A stretch of DNA of 58,912 bases, the filler included, from Sphacelaria rigidula (taxonomy: Eukaryota), in assembly GCA_964200075.2 (NCBI GenBank). It is 10 parts of 10 records of this genome, joined end to end, with 100 filler letters (N's around TTAATTAATTAA, not from the genome) between each part and the next. Parts side by side here need not be neighbours in the genome. Positions count along the whole stretch, not along the records: positions 17,707 to 23,507 come from CAXNAA020024361.1; positions 23,608 to 29,408 come from CAXNAA020024362.1; positions 29,509 to 35,309 come from CAXNAA020024363.1; 7 more parts are not named here. One strand, 5' to 3'. The notes under the pieces were generated by a model, which was given only the letters and a program-made list of their open reading frames with translations, did not search any database and was not told the DNA's origin. This document shows, one piece after another, positions 21,533 through 31,604 of this stretch. The stretch's first letter is position 1. Each line of letters begins with the position of its first letter. The position numbers and the translations under genes were made by a program.

Positions 21533-23045
21533 CATGCTGGTTCACGGAAAAACCCAAATACACCCATCGGCCAAACTTCACGCCGTTTTAAGGAGTTAAA
21601 CCCTGAAATTTTCCACAGGTGTGCTATGGGTTATTACGCATCTTTGCAAGGACGAGGTTTTTTTACTTCTTGACATTTCCCACCGTTTTTTCGGGGTCCC
21701 AGCTTTGTCGGAAAAACTGCGATCCAGTCGGACCCCCGTAGAACTGTAAAGAAAAAAAATCGTCCGTGCAAAATTGCGTAACGACGCATAGAACACCTGT
21801 ACAAAATTTCAGGGTCTAACTCCTTGAAACGGCATGAAGTTCTTCGCGTTTGTGCGATGAACCTTACCGTGCCACGGTGAAACGGCAAACTACTAGATTT
21901 TGGTATAAAAATGGCGTTTTAGGACCTTTTCCGACGTGAACACGAAAATTCAAGCACCAGTTAATCGCTTTTGGCCACGAACCTTTGGGGGGCTCTTCCT
22001 TGAGTGTACGGCGGCGGAGCGTTCGCGAAAACAATGAAGAAAATAACTTTCGTGCCGGTTTTCCAGGGTCCCAGAATGGGATGACCTCGAAAAGACGACT
22101 TGGATCCCGTCGGACCCCCGAAAAACGGTAAACAATTCAAGACGTAAAAGAACCTCGTTGATCGAAACTTGCGTGATGATTTACAGCACATTTGTGCAAA
22201 GTTTCAAGGTCTAACTCCTAATAAATGCGTCAAGACTGCGAGGATGTGCGAGGATGTGAGCTTAAAACGTACAAACTCCTAACTACTTGGTTTGAGTGTG
22301 AAAACACCTTTTAGGGTGAGTTTTACGTCAAGGAAGGAGAAATTGTATGAGATTTTCGAGTTTATCTACCAAAAATTGTACATGCGTTTCTTGGACCATC
22401 CTGGGAAGAATCCATGTTATTATTTTTTCTTTCGAGTAATTCTGAACCGCCTTTCGGGGATCTTTGTACTGGGACCTCCGGAAGCCGTTAGAGAACGGAG
22501 AAACTTCGAACCCTTGCCAAGATTTTTTTTTCCATTTGGAGCATCAATACCTACGGAACTGCCAAGTTTACGGATGATCTGAGCTTTTCTACAACAACAG
22601 ATGTAAGGGAAAATCGTCACGAGGCTCCCTGAGTCTTTCCTGCGTATCATGAGTGGAAATTAGACGACGCCAAACTCCACATCACCGAAACATTACGGTT
22701 TCGGGTATAGCTCGACCCCGTTGGAACCGTGTTCGAATCCATTTCACCCGTTAGATTCTTGAGGTGATAACGGCCACTACGATTTAAAGCATGTGGGGAT
22801 TCGGTGGAAATTGAGCTTGGAAATCGTATTTCCAATCTCGGAACAATTTGAAAGGCGCTGATTGGTCGAGACACATTTTTGTCCATAGCCCCAGCGCTAT
22901 AGCCTTGAAAACAAATCCGGCTATGTCACCCTGTTCGTCTGTTCATTGCGGTCAGTATGATACCATGTATGCGACCGTTGGGTGCGTAGTGCAGAAGACA
23001 TTTGCTGATGACAAACTTTGGGGGGGTTTTCCGTGAACCAGCCTG
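21533..23045. mobile_element. Non-autonomous TIR DNA transposon, TA-flanked (Tc1/mariner-like), ~1.5 kb
   Basis: Left end TA|CATGCTGGTTCACGGAAAAACCC, right end GGGTTTTCCGTGAACCAGCCTG|TA. Internal ~380-bp diverged duplication. No transposase ORF. Its right ~350 bp recurs at ~41419-41775. Confidence 0.8.
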
Positions 23046-23607
23046 TAAACCAGTCTTGTACCGGAAGACGAAACCGTAAATAAAATATGGTACCGTACTG
23101 TAAGAGTTTCGTGCAGATTGTCATTATCAATGGAGTGGCCCAGTGGAGATCAACGTCTGCCAGTTTAAGAGAGGAGGCACCTTGCTTGGGGGGCCGATGT
23201 AGCCGTGGTGGTTGTGGAGGCAGTTTATTATTATCGTGAGGTGCAGTGCACTTTTGCAGATTATTGCCTGCCGACCCCCTTGCACCTTCCGATTTCTAAT
23301 TATTCTCATTCCCTCCCTTGAGTTCAGTACAAATAAATGCTTACAACAGCATTTTCGTGAGTTTGAGAGTAGAGGATGCGATTGAGAGGAAAAAGCGGCC
23401 AACTACTGAGTGAACAGTTTCAGTTCCGAAATGCCCCTCCAAACAGCCAATCATCTATGTTGAGGATGGTGCTTTTGATTGAGGATGAGAACCCGGAGGA
23501 TTAAAATNNNNNNNNNNNNNNNNNNNNNNNNNNNNNNNNNNNNNNNNNNNNTTAATTAATTAANNNNNNNNNNNNNNNNNNNNNNNNNNNNNNNNNNNNN
23601 NNNNNNN

Positions 23608-23760
23608 ACAGCGCCTGATGTTTGGGTTCAGGCTGCATGAAGCGCCTCATATTGACGACATCGGCTAGAACGAACCCAAGCGTGGGAATTCCCGGTTGCT
23701 CGTTGAGCTCGGCTTTTCCCACTTCGATTTCTGTAAAGATTTTGCCTTCGAAAACCATGC
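23608..23760 (+). mobile_element. Internal fragment of the GACACTTTCTACG-TIR MITE family
   Basis: Matches 29062-29210 (ACAGCGCCTG...GTTCAGGCTGCATGAAGCGCCTCATATTG...CCCAAGCGTGGGAATTCCC). Confidence 0.75.
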
Positions 23761-24353
23761 CGTCCAAAACCGTTCGTTGAATAAGATATATAGGTCGATA
23801 CGCAAGGGAGCTGCCGCTCGAAAACTGGCACGAGAGCACTCCGCGCGATTTGTCGTAACAGGATATAGCCTCCTCTCGCGTTCACAATACATACAGGCTT
23901 TTCACGGACGACGTTTGTCGAAGGGGGTGTATTTTTGGTGCAAAGCTTTGGATTTACTGTGGTGGTTGGGTAAGATTCATTTGGTCGGCCCTGCATCTGA
24001 CAACTAACCCCTACTTTGTCCGCTTCCTCGATGATCCGAGCCCCCGTTAAGATTCGCTTGGATGATGCCTACTACACCGAGGTGCCGACCACCCGCCGGG
24101 GATCCTGGTGCCTCCAACGACACGACCAAGGCGATCTTGCCACAGCCGTTCTACGCAACACGGACACCGCTTGGGATGCAGAAGACTCATGATGCCGCAT
24201 CCGAGTTTGCTTCCCCATTCACGTTGCGTAGTGTACCATGTTCGAGTTGCTTGTCTTGCACCGTAGCGTCGTTGGAAACCATGCGTTCCCCCTCCCCCCC
24301 TTTCATTTTGTTTCCGTACTGCTTAGGCCCGTACTTGTAATGGAGTGATGCTA

Positions 24354-24443
24354 CGGTAGGGGTACAGAAATAATTTCTGAGGTCAGAATTGTTAGGAGCC
24401 CCTGAACCAAACAAAATTTCGCGAAAAAAGTGCACCCCTACCG
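24354..24443. mobile_element. Tiny MITE (~90 bp) with CGGTAGGGGT(A/G)CA TIRs, TA-flanked
   Basis: ATGCTACGGTAGGGGTACA ... TGCACCCCTACCGTAGCAT, 18/19 inverted match. A similar terminus occurs at 5044-5058. Confidence 0.7.
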
Positions 24444-24597
24444 TAGCATTGCTCAATGGTTTTATTTGGTATTTTGTTTTATGTTTGGGTTTGGACCTTG
24501 TATTTGTGTTCCGTTTTTGTTTTTCTGCCGTTTTGTTTTCTTTCGTTTTCTCTTCTTTTTTGGGGGGTTCGTATTTGTCATATATAATGCATATATA

Positions 24598-25131
24598 CTT
24601 CCTCTGTCCCATAAGTATAGGTACCTAAATTTGTACGGGCCCTTAACGATGTCCGATCGTTATTCTTCTTTAATGAACTGTACGGTGTGTTTTTGGGTTG
24701 AGAAAACTTGTTTGAAATTTTCAGCTCGTGCTTGAACCATGCCGCCGAACGGCTGCAAAAAAAGTAGTCGGCCCAAAAATGGCCGTTTTTTGCCTCTTTC
24801 CGAGGGGAAAAAAAGTGTCGAATTTTTTTTTTTCGATTTTTTTTCAATCGCCCCCGCCTCCACTGGGGCTTGCTGCCAGGAAGTCCCACGAGATGAAAAT
24901 AAAATAAATCGACACTTTTTTTCCCCTCGGAAAAAAACAAAAACGGCCAGTTTTGGGCCGCCTACTTTTTCTGCAGCCGTTCGGCGGCATAGTTCAAGCA
25001 CGAGCTACAAAATATAACCACATTTTATTAACCCAAAAAAACCCTGTAAAATTCATCAGAAAATAAAAACGAGCGGACATCGTTAAGGGCCCGTACAAAT
25101 TCAGGTACCTTTACTTATGGGAAAGAGGAAG
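24598..25131. mobile_element. Foldback Stowaway-like MITE, 534 bp, ~240-bp inverted arms
   Basis: TA|CTTCCTCTGTCCCATAAGTATAGGTACCT ... AGGTACCTTTACTTATGGGAAAGAGGAAG|TA. The arms stay complementary inward (TTTGTACGGGCCCTTAACGATGTCCG, GCTCGTGCTTGAAC, TTCCGAGGGGAAAAAAAGTGTCGA) to a short loop near 24845-24895. Confidence 0.88.
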
Positions 25132-25696
25132 TATATATATTTTCTCGGTTTATATATCGGGGTATTCCGTGACGACCGTTCCACAAACATTCTTGATCTC
25201 GAGTCTGGAACCTTTGAAACTTCGTCCTTCGCGCCGTACACTCACGACCATTCCGTATACTGGAACGGTCAACACGAGCTGTTCTCTTTCCTTCCGTAGT
25301 TCCGCGCGCCTTTTGTCTTGTTTGTTATCCTTTTATATTTGTCTCATCGGTCGAGAGTTTTCGGAGCGAGCGCTAGATATACCTGACCTCCCCGTTAGAA
25401 ATATTTGCGCTCTTGTACAATCGCTCCGCACACGACTACCACCTCCGTCTTCGGGATCGATCGTGACGTGTCTTTTTTTGTGTGCGTTTCACGTTGTGTT
25501 TTAATACCATGGGCGATAGCAACCGAAGTCGAAAGTCTGAAATGTTTTGACCTTCTTGGCTGAAACAGTTGACTCTACTTACTGCGTACACGCGATCACC
25601 GCTTCAGTGTACAGGGACGGTCGACACGTGTTATGTTTCTGCTTCATTTTCCGGTTATTTTGTTTTCTCTGTTACCATGCGAACCCCTGGTTTGGA

Positions 25697-25741
25697 TTTG
25701 TTTTGGTTTTGGTTTTGGTTTTGGTTTTGGTTTTGGTTTTG
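25697..25741. repeat. (TTTTGG)n hexamer microsatellite
   Basis: About seven tandem units. Confidence 0.9.
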
Positions 25742-27430
25742 CGTCTGTATTTCGGGAATTTCGCAGTGAGTGTTTCACCGTTCCTGACCCTCGAGTCTAG
25801 AACACTTGGCCTACTTTACTGCGAGTCCTGCAGACGTGCGACCGACCTCGTTTGAAGGAAGGGCCACGTGTAATGCGACGCAATGGATGATTTGTAGTTG
25901 AGTGATTATTTAGATGCAACGCGGTCACCACTGACCGCGTCGTACGTAACGATGTTAAGGAATTGTCATTGAAGTCGTCGTATAATTGGTTGCAAACTTC
26001 TTCTCGTACAGGACCATTGCGCATCATGACAGGATAGATTGCTCTTCCGGAACAGACCGTTCCACAATGTCGATATTCGACCATTGGTACAGCCTACAGG
26101 TTCAGAGTCCGCCACTCGCTATTTTCTTGTGACTGCTTACACCAGTCTTTTGCGTACGGTTACCCGCCATGATTTCGATCGGCGGTGTTTTGTTTTTATC
26201 GGGGATTATTGGACGCAGTAACGTGACGGTACGACCGGCTGTGGTTTTTACTCCACTTTGTGTCCGAGCCAGGTGTGATGGTATTTGAAGGGTCTAGCGT
26301 CGATAAGGTACCGTAGCACTCTGAACATACAGATGTCGGAGTAAATGAACGCTTGGATATGACTCTTGGTTAGCCGTCGGGGGATTTAAGCTTGTTGGCA
26401 GATCCAATTCGATATGCTGAGTGGTCGATGGGAGATACAGCACGGTTGATTTCTGCACATCGAATGATCATGTGCACAACGGATAGTGTTCCCGGAAAGT
26501 TCGTTGGATGGAGGATATCTGATCTTTGGTCATTGCATCATGATTGGTTACGGATGTAATTCCTGCGTAAGGTGCTCACGCTGGCGCCCCGAGCTCCCAT
26601 CCGAGCTCACTCTATTTTGGGCCCAAGACATCATCAGCCTTGCCGCCTTTGCTCTGAGTCCCAAGTGAGTCCTTTCCAGCGAGCTTTGAAGTCATGGGGA
26701 AACTACTGGCTCTCGTTCGCACTGTAAAATACAAGGAGATAATCTATTTCTGTGACAGCTGGATTTGAACTACTTCTGTGATTTTTATTTGGGTCGGTTG
26801 TGACTGTGCAGCAGTGCATTGCAATCGCCACGAAAACGGCTATACGTTGTTGACTTTTGCTGATTGACTGAGACGAGTGATTAGCATGAAATTGGTTATC
26901 AGAGTGATGTAATGCCTTGGCGGGCTCGATTGTTTTTCTACCAATGAACTGAAACAAATCGGACATCAGGAGAAGAGTGAAGTACTATATTCATGATATA
27001 GTTATGGCAGGGTATGATGATCGTTTCAATGATGGGCCTCTTATTTCCTGTGACTATCCCGGAAATGCCCACGGCTTTTTGAGGACACTGCATTTTGGGG
27101 TATATCGGTTTGATTTTTTTTTTTGCCCATGATTCCCCCTGAGATGCTCACGGAATTCGAGGACAATGTATTCTTGTACCAGTTCGATATTTCTTCTTAG
27201 CCTTGTATTTTGTGTTGTGTGTTTTATTTTTTATTTTTATTTGGTCATACCTTACCGTCCTCCGTGCCGAAGAAAACTTGGACTTTCGAATGCGTCTCAT
27301 TGTTTCTTGTGCTTTTTCTTTGATCCTCCCGTCCGATTTCGTGCGATCGAGTGGTCATAGTAATGCCTGTACATGTAGTGCCTTTGCATCTGTCTTGATT
27401 GAGTTCCGTGCACCCCTATTTTACTACCGG

Positions 27431-27773
27431 TCGCCCCGGTGGCTCAGTTGGTAACCTCGTAACCTTCTGATGGTTGAGTAGGAGGGTTCGATTCCCTGAG
27501 CGATCTGGAATATTTTCTCATACAATTCCCAGCAGTGAAGAGCGACTATGTCGTGGGTACACAAGATTCGGCTTAACGGTTGACGAGGGAAATGGACTGC
27601 TGAACCTCTCTCGCAATCAAAACAAAATAGGCAAGCACCGCAGAAGGAAGGCGGGGTGTTAAAAACAAATAAAAGAGAAAAAGCTCCTGTGCTGACCTTC
27701 CTCCTGTGCACCCACATATACCGAAAGGTGTAGACTAGTGCCCAGAATAAATGGGACGACAACACACACACAC
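27431..27773 (+). mobile_element. tRNA-derived SINE family B, full length, (CA)n tail
   Basis: Box A TGGCTCAGTTGG at 27440-27451 and box B GGTTCGATTCC at 27485-27495, with no complete cloverleaf. The 3' region matches the truncated copy at 50955-51103. Confidence 0.8.
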
Positions 27774-29000
27774 CCATGTGCCCAAATTCAGTGCTTGAGA
27801 GTGCTGGTCTACACTTTTTGTGGTGCGGAAGAAGGTATGGATGAAGCACTCTTGCCTCTTGCGAAAGTGTGCGAGTGCTTCAACATTGAGAGGCATATGT
27901 CATGTGATAAGTAATTTGCAGTTACTAGAGTTGTACTGCGGACACACAGACCGGCGGGTACTATAGTTGTATATCTAGTTGTATATCTTTGGTAAATGTT
28001 TCAGCGGCTTTTAGATGCCTCACGAGCTAGCTGTTGGTTGATACGTGCGTAGTTGGTCGCTACCGTATGGGTTGACGCGGAATTATCGGAGTTCAACGGT
28101 AGATATATACGTGAGCTTATTTGAAGTTGCGTAGCTACGTTTCTGAGTCATGTCTTTGAGTGGAGACATGTCCGGGAACTGGCTGACAGGCCGGTGCACA
28201 ACCCTTTTTGGACACTCTTTCATCGCCCAAAGACCCCAGCAGTAAAGTAGAGGACTAGTCGAGACTTCGCCAGCATCTGATAGACTTCAGCTATACCCTT
28301 CTGAGGTGATTGAACCTCAGGATCAAGGAGACCATACGTGAGTCTCACCTGAGTGTACTACATAAGTTTTGTTGCGTTCATTTTCTCTATTGTACACACC
28401 TGTTTTATAGCTCCGCCAGCTGAGCACACATCCAACTATAGCAAGCATTCAATTGAAAAGTCATTGATCCTTTGGACATCCGTCATCACCACCTTGCGCC
28501 AAGCAGCTACGGTGACAATCCATCTTATCATTCGACAAAAGTGTGGGGGGGACGTTGGCCAAGTTTTCGGCAGCGAAGGTCTGCTCCGAAGCATCAGCGG
28601 AGTAGTAACCCATGGTGGACCGTACACGGAGTGGGAAAAGTAGTGGTGTACGGGACATCCCGATGTGGGTAAGACCTTGTGTCATGCAAGCCGCCCTTGA
28701 ACCTTCTACGGTGAAAATGACCTCTCTGAAGGGAAGTAACCAGTACAGCAGAGGGGCATGAAGATAAAAGATACGATCGTGGGAGGCTTGGATGGTCTAC
28801 CATGAACATCGCCTGGCACAAATGTGGGTACTTGTGTCAAATGTGTTGAACTTGGCTTCAGGCTACGAGCCCGTGTTGGAGGTATTATTCAGTGTCGGTG
28901 AGCCAGCAAAAGGATTGCAAGACGCCAGACTCTCAACGAGTACTAGGGTTGGGATGTCCCAGTACGCTGACTATGTCCCACCGATACAAGGGCAACGAAT

Positions 29001-29247
29001 GACGCTTTCTACGATAGCCCCCCCAAAACCAGCCCAAAAATGTCACGAAACAAATGGCCATACAGCGCCTGGTGCTTTGGTTCAGGCTGCATGAAGCGCC
29101 TCATATTGGCAACATATGCGAGAACGAGCCCAAGCGTGGGAATTCCCAGCTGCTCGTTGCGCTCGGCTTTTTCCATTTCGATTTACGTGAAGATTTTGCC
29201 TCCCAAACCCATGCACGTTTCTTGGGGGGGCTATCGTAGAAAGTGTC
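29001..29247. mobile_element. 247-bp MITE with ~26-bp TIRs and a 4-bp TSD (GAAT)
   Basis: GAAT|GACGCTTTCTACGATAGCCCCCCCAA ... TTGGGGGGGCTATCGTAGAAAGTGTC|GAAT. Related pieces at 23608-23760, ~41392-41411 and 52718-52935. Confidence 0.88.
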
Positions 29248-29576
29248 GAATACGCTGGAGGTTCTCTCGACAAAGATCGGGAGAAAGAGACGGTAAGGAA
29301 GCGCGGATGGAGAAGTAAAGAGTGGACGGATAAAGTACTAACGGCCGATTTTCGAAAATGGGGTTGAAAAACAAAATGAGGTTCGACTCAAACGTCGTGC
29401 TTTCCCTGNNNNNNNNNNNNNNNNNNNNNNNNNNNNNNNNNNNNNNNNNNNNTTAATTAATTAANNNNNNNNNNNNNNNNNNNNNNNNNNNNNNNNNNNN
29501 NNNNNNNNTTTTATGGGTTTTGGTAGAAACGTTTTCCTTCCCGAGTAGTTTTGGGGGTTTTTTCTTTTTCCTTGGG

Positions 29577-29611
<35 letters not shown>

Positions 29612-31536
29612 CTTTCATAATGAGCGCCAGAATGTTGGAGGTATCTATATTAGGAGTAGGAACGATGCTCCGTCTTGGAAGGGATGCGTGGTCAATGGTC
29701 GAACGACTAAGGTAAGCAACAAATGAGTACACCTCCCCCCCCGCTTTCATGAGCGCCTCCTTCCGTTCTTCGAACGAGAAGAGTCTTGTAGGAGTAACCT
29801 TTTCCGCCGGCTAGCGGTGAGGACCGAACACATGTTATGCGTGTGTCGGATCCCCAAGCCTACAAGCTCCACGGAGGATTTTCCCGTCAGTCTTTGAACT
29901 CTGCTTCGAAGTCATACACCAGTTATGCGGTCCCCCACCATTTTCACGGCTTTTTTTGTCCCCACTGCGCGTTTAGTGGCTTTTTGGTAAGAGCTGGGAT
30001 TTGAACTCGGGATCTTCTGTTGATGGAGCGTACGGGTTATATAATGGTGTTGCCAATGTGGAAACATGATTCCTCGACGGACACTTGTGCGAATTTTTCC
30101 GTTCCCTGCACAATCGCTGATGCGTACGTCATCTTCCCGGGTAGCTTTGGTGGTTATCTGTGCGGCTGGGTGCCTGGAGTTTTTGAGTTGACCCTCGCTT
30201 GGTGGCCATGCCAATTCCCTATTTTTGTCATCTGCCGCTTCTTGTCTTGTTTCCTCCTTCTCTTTTCTCTCCGAATGCTGTTCAGCAGATGTGAAGGACG
30301 TGTTCTTTTCTCCACCCCGTTAAACTGGAGGGAAGCTATTTTCTCGTCTGTTCTCTTGGCGTCTCTCTTCTTATAGTTCAGATTTTCGGGAAACACTTTT
30401 TTGCCATTTCAGAGTGCAAATATCTCAAGATCAGAGTGCAGAATGGATGAAAAAAACTCATCGAAAAAAAGTTGAGGGGATGTCACGTTTGTTTGACGGA
30501 GGGGATAATATTTTTTCGTTACATTCTGATGCTGAGATATTTGCACTCTCTGCAATGACAAGAAAACGTATTTCCCGAAACTCTCTATTTTCATTTGGAA
30601 ATATTTTGTTTGGTTGGTTGGTTGCCGTTTATAGTCCGGATTCTCAGGGAAAATGATGAGAACTCCATGTCTCGTAAGGAATAGCAGGGATGGTGTTGGA
30701 AAGACGAGCCCACGTCTGTGACAGCGGGTTCGAGAGATCGGACTGTTGTACGGAAATAATGATAATAATGATGGATAGTTGGTGGTTCCCACACTAGCAG
30801 GAAGTTTTCAGCAGAGATCGAATCAAGTCTTTTTTGGTGCTTATTTTCTTACATGGGAATTTGAGACATGATATTTGATGGCGGTGCGATGACAGTGACA
30901 ATACCAAAATATTACACAATCACTTACTCCACCAGGCCCACTTTGGAGTCTGATGAGTGAGCATCCCTGTTGACTTGATCTTGTGAAGTTTGTTGTTTTT
31001 GTATACTGAATAAAGTTCGAGTGATGGTAACCCTCGCGAAACGTACTCGACTAACAATTGATATGCTTCCTCCCGACCGTGTGCGGTGGCGGCTGCAGCG
31101 TACAGCGACATCATCCGGTGAAGCGCATTTTCCACAATTGATATCATCCTCTGGTGATTGATTACCCTGATATATAGGCCATTATCCGCGAACGACCACC
31201 GCCGGATTTTTTTTTCTCGAGTGCAAAAGAATGAATCATCAATCGACAATAATGAGCAGTTGTGCTTATTATGCTTGCATCCAACTCTCTTTTTTTTTTT
31301 AGCGCTCATTTTTTTTTTTCCTCGCCTCGTATCCTCTTTTTTTCCTTGTCCATTCCATGTTTTGCTTTCTTGTTTGTTTTATGCGTGTGAACAGACAAGC
31401 AGCCGAGGAGGCGTCTGCTGGACGGGACGAAGCGGACGCCCGAACGGCTGAACGTGAGAGCAAGTTGTTCACAGTCCTGCTTTTGATATTTCGCATTTGT
31501 TCACACCCTGGACAAAAGATTATTTTGTAAAAAAAC

Positions 31537-31604
31537 GTACTGCGTACAGTATGGAATCTATTGTCTGTTGCAATAGGCGCAATAGTCTATACTGTACGCA
31601 GTAC
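31537..31604. repeat. 68-nt near-perfect palindrome/hairpin (second copy at 31977-32049)
   Basis: GTACTGCGTACAGTAT ... ATACTGTACGCAGTAC form perfect 16-bp arms, and pairing continues to a central TTGCAA. Confidence 0.8.

Noticed and set aside
25697..25741. Telomeric repeat
   Set aside because: A short internal (TTTTGG)n tract, not terminal and not TTAGGG/TTTAGGG, so an ordinary microsatellite.
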